The translations under genes were made by a program, and so were the position numbers. Positions 17,518 through 25,209 of a stretch of DNA of 64,000 nt are shown piece by piece (position 1 is the stretch's first letter; the number at the start of each line of letters is the position of its first letter). This DNA is from a virus. The stretch covers positions 1-64,000 of IMG/VR virus record IMGVR_UViG_3300042518_001860, one strand, 5' to 3'. Under the pieces are notes generated by a model, which did no database searches, was not told the origin of the DNA, and worked only from the letters and a program-made list of their open reading frames with translations.

Positions 17518-18298
17518 CCCCAGAAATTCCCTGTCAGAAGACCTCATCTTCGCGCCCAAAGTTACGCTTGTGGCTGCTTCCCAAGTCGTAAACTGGCCCG
17601 ACTTTGCGCATGGCGAAGGCCAGGGTCAGGGAAGGTTCCCTGAGCGTCTTGTGGAACTTGCGGGGCGTGAGTGCTACGACTCCTGGGGGAGAGGTCGCAA
17701 ATCCCCTGAGTACCATGCCCACATTGCTGAAGCGCTCCACGGGAGTGTCCTCGAGCATGCGAACTTCACATTCAGAATCTCTGGGGTCTCGCGCTACCTG
17801 ACGCACGAACTCATTCGACATCGTGCTGGTTGTGCTGTGTCCCAGCGGTCCACTCGTTACGTCGATGAAGGCCGCGCATGTGTGGTTGTCCCGCCCGCCC
17901 TGATCATTACCGAGACAGATTCGGCAGAGAGGGCTCAGGAAAAGAGAGCAAGGCAGGCAGATCTTCTGACCTTCACTAAGCAAGGTCTGGCTATCTACCG
18001 GCAACTCTCTGTTAGCGCCTCTACTACAGCGCGAAAGACTATGCGCGGCGCAGCCCGGGCCTTTCTTCCAAGTCAGCTTGAAACCAGCCTGATTTGGACG
18101 GCCAACGCTCGTGCGCTCTTGAACGTCATCGAGCAGCGGTTCTCGGATGCGGCTGATGCGGAGATCTGCCGCCTGACTGGGCTCCTACTGACCGAAATGG
18201 CGGTCGAGATGCCGAGCTACTTTGGCGGAGCTCGCCGACAACTGCGCTCGGATGGTCTTGGCGACTGCCTTGTTCCAGGAACCTTGAGGGCCTTCTGA
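17507..18298 (+). CDS. thyX: Flavin-dependent thymidylate synthase
   Basis: HGSVLEH, THELIRHR-x7-SQRSTRY, ARAFLP, AEI. Confidence 0.93.
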   Translation: MQVDPRNSLSEDLIFAPKVTLVAASQVVNWPDFAHGEGQGQGRFPERLVELAGRECYDSWGRGRKSPEYHAHIAEALHGSVLEHANFTFRISGVSRYLTHELIRHRAGCAVSQRSTRYVDEGRACVVVPPALIITETDSAERAQEKRARQADLLTFTKQGLAIYRQLSVSASTTARKTMRGAARAFLPSQLETSLIWTANARALLNVIEQRFSDAADAEICRLTGLLLTEMAVEMPSYFGGARRQLRSDGLGDCLVPGTLRAF

Positions 18299-18570
18299 TG
18301 TGTGACCACTGTGAAGAGTACAAATCTCATGGTTTTAAAGCCGGCGATAGGGTCACACTGAATCGCCCTCATAGCCTGTTTGCCCCTCCGACTTGGCAGC
18401 ATTCCGTTCATGGGCGGGTCATCAAAGTGGAGGCCTCCTACATTCACGTCCAGCATGACGATGGCGCCGTCTTTCTCTGGGGCCCGGGGGAGATCACCCA
18501 CGAGACGCCTGAAACCCCTGAGCGTCAGACAGGCTTCTGGAATTGGCTGCGAGGATTCTTCCGTGCGTAA
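18298..18570 (+). CDS. Hypothetical protein, SH3/KOW-like
   Basis: GFKAGDRV...GRVIKV...VQHDDG. Confidence 0.6.
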   Translation: MCDHCEEYKSHGFKAGDRVTLNRPHSLFAPPTWQHSVHGRVIKVEASYIHVQHDDGAVFLWGPGEITHETPETPERQTGFWNWLRGFFRA

Positions 18571-19072
18571 CTCTATCAACTGCCAAATTCGGTTGACTCA
18601 CACTCAGTTTGAGTACGTCACTCAGCAGCACTTCTCGCAGACGATGTCGAAGATTGGGTTGCAGATGAAGGTGGAGAAGCCTCAGTGGCCCGCCTCCAGG
18701 AATAGGCAGGCTGGGGAGTTCATGCTCATCTACCTAAACGTACCGAAGCCGTATCATCGCGTACTGCGAGAAGAGGCCATTGCTGCACAGCGCTGGATTG
18801 GTGACCTTCTTCGGGAACGGCTCTTCCTGGCCCTCGGGATGAACGTATCCGAAGCTCCTGCCAGTTCTCAGCGCCATTGGCGCATTTCCTCATGTGGGGG
18901 CGAGGAACTGCAGCGGGAGGTGTTCCTGGACATCAAGACAGGAGTGATGCGTGTGACGCCACGCCACCCATCAGCATCGGAGCGGTTTCGCACCTTCTTG
19001 GCTGAGGATCGGGACAGCAGGTGGCCTGCTGGTAAGCCGGCGGCTGTTGGTGGCTTCAGTGTGGAGGTCTGA
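18563..19072 (+). CDS. Hypothetical protein, possible ribbon-helix-helix DNA-binding domain
   Basis: GAGGA SD before GTG; LIYLNVP-YHRVLREEAIAA-IGDLLRERL. Confidence 0.45.
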   Translation: MRNSINCQIRLTHTQFEYVTQQHFSQTMSKIGLQMKVEKPQWPASRNRQAGEFMLIYLNVPKPYHRVLREEAIAAQRWIGDLLRERLFLALGMNVSEAPASSQRHWRISSCGGEELQREVFLDIKTGVMRVTPRHPSASERFRTFLAEDRDSRWPAGKPAAVGGFSVEV

Positions 19073-19163
19073 CGGCATGCTGCACTTCGCGGCTGCCCGT
19101 GTTGGGTGTTCCACACGAGAGCAACTCACCCAGAAGATTATCAGCGTCGTGAGAGGAGATTGT

Positions 19164-19568
19164 ATGTTTGACACTTTCAAGATCCTGCCGCCCACCTGCG
19201 CCCAAGTAGAACGAGCCCAGGAGACTGCGAGACGGAGATTGCAACGGTGTGAACGCGAGACAGGAGTCTCGATGGAAGAGTGCCTGTCTGCAGTGGAGGG
19301 TGCCTTCTCAGAAGCATCTCGAGCCCGACTGGCGCTCCGTGCGGCTTGGTCAGACCATGTTCTGGCACTTCGCCAGTACCTTTTCACTTGCCCCGGATGT
19401 GGTAGACCGTACGCAACACGCGATGATCTGGAGACTGCTCACCACATCCAGTCGACCCCGCGTGAACCTCTTCCGCTTCTCTGGCAAGATCATTACGGTT
19501 CCCACTTGTGTTGGGAGATTGTCTCCGAAGGACAAGCGTGCAACCTACGCCTGAAGGAGGTCCTGTGA
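19164..19568 (+). CDS. Hypothetical protein with CxxC
   Basis: GAGGAG SD. Confidence 0.6.
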   Translation: MFDTFKILPPTCAQVERAQETARRRLQRCERETGVSMEECLSAVEGAFSEASRARLALRAAWSDHVLALRQYLFTCPGCGRPYATRDDLETAHHIQSTPREPLPLLWQDHYGSHLCWEIVSEGQACNLRLKEVL

Positions 19569-19852
19569 CCGTCTTCTTTCTCCCGGGCTGCCCTGCGTGC
19601 GATGCGAATTCAGAGAAGTCGACTCTGGCCACTGAAGAGATCCACGCTCGACTCCACGAACTGATTGCCCTCGACCACAAAGAGCGAGCCACTCCGAGCG
19701 TTTTGGATCTCCTCAATCGACTGGACCGCCGACTCGATACAGTTGTTCGAGTGCTTGAAGAGATTGACGGGGCGGATGAGGCTGAGTTTCTTGTCTCAGA
19801 GGCTCTCGACGATCTCGAAGCCCTTTATGCTGCGCTGGAGTACGAACGATGA
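19565..19852 (+). CDS. Hypothetical protein
   Basis: AAGGAGG SD, GTGA overlap. Confidence 0.65.
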   Translation: MTVFFLPGCPACDANSEKSTLATEEIHARLHELIALDHKERATPSVLDLLNRLDRRLDTVVRVLEEIDGADEAEFLVSEALDDLEALYAALEYER

Positions 19853-20925
19853 AACTCTCCCGCTACACCAGGTTTCTTGTCTCTGAGGATTATGACCTCG
19901 GCGGTTTGGCAGGTTCGGAGTGGCGAGAGATTCCCGCGGACCTGACCAGCAGCGCCGGGTTCGTCCCATACGAGGCTGGGGGCGACCTTATCGTGGACCT
20001 TGACATTTCGGTCTACCTCCTGCAGTTCAGGCTGGATGAGATTGAGCTTCATGCCCCGACGCTCAAGACACGCATCAAGGAGCGTGAGCAGGCTTTGTGC
20101 CGAGAGGCAGGTGTCCCCAAACTCAGCCGTTATGAGCGTGCTGAGCTCGCTGAGGTGGTTAGGGCGGAGATGATTGCCAATACGCCGCCTCGAACCACAC
20201 TCGTCCCCATCCTCTTGGATTCGGACTCGCGAACGTTGCTGATTGCAACGACCAGCAAGAAGCTGGTCGACCTTGTCGCATTGGCGTTCGAGACCGCGAC
20301 TCAAGCAAAACTCACGCCTACGAGCCCGCTCCTTCGAGCTCGAGCTCGGGACCTCGACTGGTTGAAGTTCCACTACACAGACATCTTGCGCGACGAGTCG
20401 GGGGTGAGTCTTCAGAGCCAAGTACCAGATGACTATCTCGGCCGTCTGGATCTCGCGAGGAAGTTTGGTCCTGACTTCTTGCTCTACCTGCTCCACCGGG
20501 AACGCGAAGGCGGGTCAGATATTGCCTTTTCTTTCGGCGACTGCCTGAAGTTCAAGCCCTCGCAAGACCCGTTGGCGCTGGTTTCTTCAGCGATGAAGGG
20601 TGAAGAAGTGGCTTCGTCAGCCGTAGCTCATCAGGCAATCCTGCGGGGTTGCCCTATTGCTGAGGCGAAGCTCAACTTCAACCTTGCTGGTACCCTGATT
20701 CCCTTCTCATTGGCAGCCGACACGCTTGCAGTGCTTGGAGCGAAACTCCCTGTCAGCTTGGCTGAGGATGAGTATGAGGCTATCCTTGAGGACTCCCTCT
20801 ATGTTGAACGTCTCGAGAGCGCTATTGACGAGGCCTTTGTGTCCTTCCTGGACTTGTGGGTTGGTGAGCAAGGCCCACCTCTGCGCGAAGCGATGCGTGG
20901 TACCATCTTGAACGCGGAGGTCTGA
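19849..20925 (+). CDS. rdgC: Recombination-associated protein RdgC-like
   Basis: SAGFVP...LQFRLDE...IKEREQ...KLSRYERAELAEVVRAEM...PPRT...LLIATTSKK; size fits. Confidence 0.72.
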   Translation: MKLSRYTRFLVSEDYDLGGLAGSEWREIPADLTSSAGFVPYEAGGDLIVDLDISVYLLQFRLDEIELHAPTLKTRIKEREQALCREAGVPKLSRYERAELAEVVRAEMIANTPPRTTLVPILLDSDSRTLLIATTSKKLVDLVALAFETATQAKLTPTSPLLRARARDLDWLKFHYTDILRDESGVSLQSQVPDDYLGRLDLARKFGPDFLLYLLHREREGGSDIAFSFGDCLKFKPSQDPLALVSSAMKGEEVASSAVAHQAILRGCPIAEAKLNFNLAGTLIPFSLAADTLAVLGAKLPVSLAEDEYEAILEDSLYVERLESAIDEAFVSFLDLWVGEQGPPLREAMRGTILNAEV

Positions 20926-21131
20926 TGTCACGCCCTAAAATCGACGTTTCACGCGATGGTAAGTGTACGGACTGTGGGAACCCCAACTTGGAGGTCACCT
21001 TCTCGAGTGGTGGGGGTATGTGCCGTCGCTGTGTGGCCTACTACCGCAGCGACTCTTTGGATCGTGAGAACGTCGATTTAGGGGTCCTGACCAAACCTTC
21101 CAGGCGGTGGAAAAGGAACCGTGACAAATGA
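20925..21131 (+). CDS. Small zinc-ribbon protein
   Basis: CTDC...CRRC. Confidence 0.55.
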   Translation: MSRPKIDVSRDGKCTDCGNPNLEVTFSSGGGMCRRCVAYYRSDSLDRENVDLGVLTKPSRRWKRNRDK

Positions 21132-21556
21132 TAGCACTTGCACTCTCCATCAGCTTGTGGGGCTCCTTTGCTACCTATCTCCACAAGGCGAACTGTCCTG
21201 TAGATTCATGGTCGACTTGGGTGGTGTGCCAGGAGGTGGCTCTCGCCGCAAAGACTGTGGGTGGGCCTATCCGAATCACGACTACGCTCGCGTGGTCTGA
21301 GTCTCGTTTCCTTCCAGAGCGTGTATCCTCAGTTGGCGCGGTCGGGCCCCTGCAGGTTCTCCCACGCTACTGGTGCCCTGGAGGTGGAGTTGACCGCTGC
21401 GACCTGACCCTGGCTGGGGCGCTTGCGGTCAAAACCCTTGTCAACCGCTACGGGGCGGAGCGGGGTTTGTGCCATTTTGCCGCTGGAAACGTATGCAATG
21501 CGCGTGCCCTTCGATATGCGCAGTACATCCTGCGTCGGACTAAACATCGTAGATGA
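21128..21556 (+). CDS. SLT-family lytic transglycosylase with hydrophobic N-terminus
   Basis: AWSESRF (catalytic Glu), GAVGPLQV, GLCHFAAG (AYNAG-like). Confidence 0.8.
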   Translation: MIALALSISLWGSFATYLHKANCPVDSWSTWVVCQEVALAAKTVGGPIRITTTLAWSESRFLPERVSSVGAVGPLQVLPRYWCPGGGVDRCDLTLAGALAVKTLVNRYGAERGLCHFAAGNVCNARALRYAQYILRRTKHRR

Positions 21557-21581
21557 CATCGAGAAAACCCGAAGGTAAGAT
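21553..21581 (+). promoter_or_regulatory. sigma70-type promoter, probably giving a leaderless mRNA
   Basis: ATGACA-N17-TAAGAT ending 6 nt before ATG 21588. Confidence 0.5.
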
Positions 21582-21587
21582 GCGCGC

Positions 21588-21962
21588 ATGGACTCGATCA
21601 ACGACCAAGCCCGCATCCTGCTCGAGTTGAAGGAGATTCTGTCCCGACTCGAGAATTTGCAGCGCAGTAGTGATAAAACTACCGCCGCCATCAATGGACT
21701 CGACCTCGAGACCCGTCTTCAAGAAGTTCTACGGGAATTCGGCCGTCAGGCCGACCGAACCCTTCAGCACATCGAGACTATCGAAAAGGGTCGGGCTGTA
21801 GAACGGGAGATGCGTGTCAGCATCGCCAGCAAGGTGGCGGCAGAACTCTGGCAGAAGGGCGGCCAGTATATTGTGTTGGGCGCCTCTCTTCTACTTGTTG
21901 GTGCAGTTGCCAAATATCTTGGTCTGCCTGTACCCTTCTTCGGTCAGATCGGGGGACCATAA
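21588..21962 (+). CDS. Coiled-coil protein with C-terminal TM helix (holin/XhlA-like architecture)
   Basis: Heptad-rich N-part; YIVLGASLLLVGAVAKYLGL. Confidence 0.6.
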   Translation: MDSINDQARILLELKEILSRLENLQRSSDKTTAAINGLDLETRLQEVLREFGRQADRTLQHIETIEKGRAVEREMRVSIASKVAAELWQKGGQYIVLGASLLLVGAVAKYLGLPVPFFGQIGGP

Positions 21963-22396
21963 TGCAGCCCAGCCGTGTCCTCCTTGTTGAGGATGATGAA
22001 GACGACGCCTTCCTCAGCAAGCGCTCACTGAAGAAGGCTATGGATGCTCGCGGTATCACATACGATCTCGAGCATGTCCGGAATGGGAAGGCGGCCCTGG
22101 ACCGCCTTTTTCAAGGTGAGGTCCTGAGAGCGCCAAACTTCGACCTTGTCCTTCTCGACTTGATGATGCCCATCATGGATGGGAAGGAGACGCTCGAGGC
22201 TATTCGACAACATCCGCAGGGGTACAAGATCCCTGTGGTTGTTCTGACTACCAGTGACAACCATCGAGAGATCGACTTGGTCTGGGGGCATGGAGTCTCG
22301 GCCTACATCCTTAAGCCTGTAACTGCGGCCGACTACGCCTCGATCATGGACTCCACTGGAACTTTGTTCCTCCGGCACAACCGCTCCGTACGTTGA
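21962..22396 (+). CDS. Single-domain response regulator (CheY-like, Rcp1 type)
   Basis: LLVEDDEDD, LLDLMMPIMDG, VLTTS, ILKP: all catalytic residues present. Confidence 0.95.
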   Translation: MQPSRVLLVEDDEDDAFLSKRSLKKAMDARGITYDLEHVRNGKAALDRLFQGEVLRAPNFDLVLLDLMMPIMDGKETLEAIRQHPQGYKIPVVVLTTSDNHREIDLVWGHGVSAYILKPVTAADYASIMDSTGTLFLRHNRSVR

Positions 22397-23322
22397 ATCC
22401 TGTCTATCTGGTTGTCCGCCCCTGGAACGCGCTCTCCGTCTTGGCGGCAGCAGCCACCTCCATCGCTTTGCTCACCGAAGCCCAGGTGAAGGAGATCATC
22501 CTCCTAACCATTATGTGGGCGGCCACTATGTTGACTGCTGTTCTAGAACACCGTAGGGCAGCACTCCGAACGCGGGAGGCCCTGACTCAGAGCCTGACGC
22601 TGCAGAAGCGCAATGAGGACCTTCAGCGAGCAAATTCGGCCCTCGAGCGATTTACCTCCGTGGCAGCACACCAAATGCGCTCCCCTCCCCGCACGATCAA
22701 GGGCCTGGCTATGACTGCTCTGGAGGAGTATGGGGACCGGCTACCAGTGGAAGCGCGGGACCTCCTCGAGAGCATCATGCGGCGCGCAGACAATTTGCTC
22801 GAGGTGATCACAGTGCTGCACGAAATGGGCATGCGCCATTCGGCGTCGATCACGCTCCGCCCGTTGGAAGTCGCAAAGATGATCCCCTCTGCGAGGGGAC
22901 GTGTGGGAGCTCAATGGCGAGGTGAGATTGACTGCAGTGAGCTTCCCCCGTGGCTCGAGGTGGTGGGTAACGACATCCTTTTTGTGGAGGTGCTGGCCAA
23001 CCTCATCGAGAACGGGTGGAAGTTCAACGAGAGTCCTGTACCAACCGTGAGATTCTCCGGTTGCGTTGAGAACGGATTCTGTCGACTCCGAATCGCAGAC
23101 AACGGGATTGGGTTGTCGCCCAGTACAACTGGGCTATTTCAGCTTTTCCGCCGACACACCGACCGCTTCCCTGGGACAGGGGTAGGCCTTGCTCTCGTCC
23201 ATCAGGCGGTTGAGAAGATGGGTGGAAAGATCTCGGTGGTCAATCCCAGACAAGGGGAAGGGGCGGCCTTCGAAATCGAGCTTCTTGCCCCCAAAAGTTC
23301 CGGGAAACGCGACGTCTTCTGA
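22393..23322 (+). CDS. Membrane sensor histidine kinase (HisKA + HATPase_c)
   Basis: Two TM helices, coiled coil, AAHQMRSP, NLIENGWKF, DNGIG, LFQLF, GTGVGLA. Confidence 0.93.
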   Translation: MNPVYLVVRPWNALSVLAAAATSIALLTEAQVKEIILLTIMWAATMLTAVLEHRRAALRTREALTQSLTLQKRNEDLQRANSALERFTSVAAHQMRSPPRTIKGLAMTALEEYGDRLPVEARDLLESIMRRADNLLEVITVLHEMGMRHSASITLRPLEVAKMIPSARGRVGAQWRGEIDCSELPPWLEVVGNDILFVEVLANLIENGWKFNESPVPTVRFSGCVENGFCRLRIADNGIGLSPSTTGLFQLFRRHTDRFPGTGVGLALVHQAVEKMGGKISVVNPRQGEGAAFEIELLAPKSSGKRDVF

Positions 23323-23333
23323 GGAGGTGCTTC

Positions 23334-23885
23334 TTGGGTCGAATCCACGGGTACTGCGGGCCGATGTTCAGTGGGAAGTCCACACTGCTCATTGACCAAC
23401 TCCGCCGCGCCGAGATCGCCGGCAAGCGGGTGATCTGCTTCAAAGCCAGTCTTGATAATCGGTATGCTGCTGACCAGGTCTGCACGCATACCCGGCAAAC
23501 TATGGAGGCGAGGCCGACTCCCCCCACGACAATCGGGGCTGCTGCAATCGGCCGGCTCTCGAGGGGCTACGACGTCGTTGGCGTGGATGAGGTGCAGTTC
23601 TTCCCAACAACAATTGTTGACGAGTTCCTCGAGCTCCGCGCGATGGGTAAGGTCGTCCTGTGGGCCGGGCTTGATATGGACTTTCTTGGGCTCCCGTTTG
23701 GGCCAGTTCCAACGCTGATGGCGGTGGGCGGGGTATCGAAATTGTTCGCGGTCTGCCACTCTTGCGGTGATATGCAGGCCACGCACACCTATCGCGTTGA
23801 CAAGTCACGAAGCGAGCAGGTCCTCGTCGCTGGGCTGGATGGTTACCAAGCACGTTGTTATGCTTGCTGGGCGAAAAACTCTTGA
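23334..23885 (+). CDS. tdk: Thymidine kinase
   Basis: GPMFSGKST, VDEVQFF, AGLDMDF, CHSC...YQARCYAC. Confidence 0.95.
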   Translation: MGRIHGYCGPMFSGKSTLLIDQLRRAEIAGKRVICFKASLDNRYAADQVCTHTRQTMEARPTPPTTIGAAAIGRLSRGYDVVGVDEVQFFPTTIVDEFLELRAMGKVVLWAGLDMDFLGLPFGPVPTLMAVGGVSKLFAVCHSCGDMQATHTYRVDKSRSEQVLVAGLDGYQARCYACWAKNS

Positions 23886-23909
23886 CGAGTGCAACAATTG
23901 GAGTAGACT
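23882..23909 (+). promoter_or_regulatory. sigma70-type promoter with reversed operator-like motif
   Basis: TTGACG-N16-TAGACT; TGCAACAATTG in the spacer. Confidence 0.55.
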
Positions 23910-23915
23910 CACCCT

Positions 23916-24197
23916 ATGCCAAAAGTTGATATTCGACATGAAGATCGATACGAGACCGTGACCGCGATTGCGGTTTTCGGTCCTTGGGCCATCACTCCCT
24001 CCCGCCGCCCCGAAACCTCTGGGCTCGTAGTCACGCATGTTCCCAGTGGGACGCAGGCTTGGCCCAACAGGGCCTGCGCGCCAATTCTACTACCCGAGGC
24101 CATCGCCATGGCCAAGAAACTGCAGAGCGTGTGGAACTCGGACTCCAACATGCCGGACACAATCCGGCTCCAAATCAAGGGCATGGTCTGCGCATGA
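23916..24197 (+). CDS. Hypothetical protein
   Basis: ORF directly downstream of a promoter. Confidence 0.6.
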   Translation: MPKVDIRHEDRYETVTAIAVFGPWAITPSRRPETSGLVVTHVPSGTQAWPNRACAPILLPEAIAMAKKLQSVWNSDSNMPDTIRLQIKGMVCA

Positions 24198-24394
24198 AGG
24201 CCATGGTGTTGGAGTACGCCTCGAGGCGGGAGGCAATGGCTGCCTACACGCAGTTCTGCAAAATCATGCAAGCGCAGCCGAAAATGGTTCTCTCTGTGGA
24301 GGTCGACCTCGAGGATGACCTTGTCATCATCGAAGGTACGGATGAGTTTTTGGGTATCTTGGAAGCCAAACTTCATCCTGCTCAAACAACCTGA
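24194..24394 (+). CDS. Hypothetical protein
   Basis: ATGA overlap. Confidence 0.5.
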   Translation: MKAMVLEYASRREAMAAYTQFCKIMQAQPKMVLSVEVDLEDDLVIIEGTDEFLGILEAKLHPAQTT

Positions 24395-24430
24395 CTTGCT
24401 TTTATTGACATCTGCTGCAACCATTGCGGC

Positions 24431-24715
24431 ATGCAGCAGATCACACACCTCTTCCTCCAATTCATCGCAGAGAACCCTGACCTCCCGACTTCGCGGTTTG
24501 AGGGTCTCTACAACCACGCCAATCCGCGTAATGGGCAGCCTCACCTCGAGGACAAAGCCCGTGTCTGGGCAAGGTGCCAGCTCTGCCGAATGCGACTGCA
24601 GGGACTCGTTGAGTCAGTACCCGCGGAACGCCCGGCAGAGTACCAGCGTCGTGTGGGTCCCTACAGGGTCTGGCGACTGACTGAAGTTGGACGTCGTACG
24701 CTCGAGAGCGTATGA
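24431..24715 (+). CDS. Winged-helix (PadR-like) DNA-binding protein
   Basis: LCRMRLQGLVES...WRLTEVGRRTL wing motif. Confidence 0.6.
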   Translation: MQQITHLFLQFIAENPDLPTSRFEGLYNHANPRNGQPHLEDKARVWARCQLCRMRLQGLVESVPAERPAEYQRRVGPYRVWRLTEVGRRTLESV

Positions 24716-25209
24716 ACATCAAGACGCCGCCCGTCCCGGTTCGAGTCCTGCCGACGACCGTAGCGTCTGGGCCTCGCTCGGAGTTGGACGAGATCATTCA
24801 GGCCAGACGGACGCGCGCTAAGCCGTCCAACCTCGATGACTACGCCTGGTCACTAGCTGAGGAGATGCGGCGTAACGGTGGGCTGTTCGACTTGTCCGTT
24901 CAGATTGCTCGGCTCGAATCCCACTATGCCGAGATTGAGCGGCTTGTTGAGCAGAACGACATCCTTCGATCTACGGCTCTTACTCTTCAAATCCGCCTGA
25001 CCACCCAGATTGCTGACCTGAAGGCCAAGGCTGTGGATGTCGCAGCCAAAACCCGCACCATCATCACACTTGATGGGATGCAGGTCGTCATGCAGGCCCT
25101 TTTGGCCTCACTGCAGACGCATATCCATGATCCGCATCTACTCGAGAAGATCGGTCGTGATGTGACAGATGCAGTCCGCGCTGCCCTGGCTTCCGTGAGG
25201 CAGAAGTGA
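24712..25209 (+). CDS. Probable terminase small subunit
   Basis: Helical 165-aa ORF overlapping the TerL start; positional inference. Confidence 0.5.
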   Translation: MNIKTPPVPVRVLPTTVASGPRSELDEIIQARRTRAKPSNLDDYAWSLAEEMRRNGGLFDLSVQIARLESHYAEIERLVEQNDILRSTALTLQIRLTTQIADLKAKAVDVAAKTRTIITLDGMQVVMQALLASLQTHIHDPHLLEKIGRDVTDAVRAALASVRQK

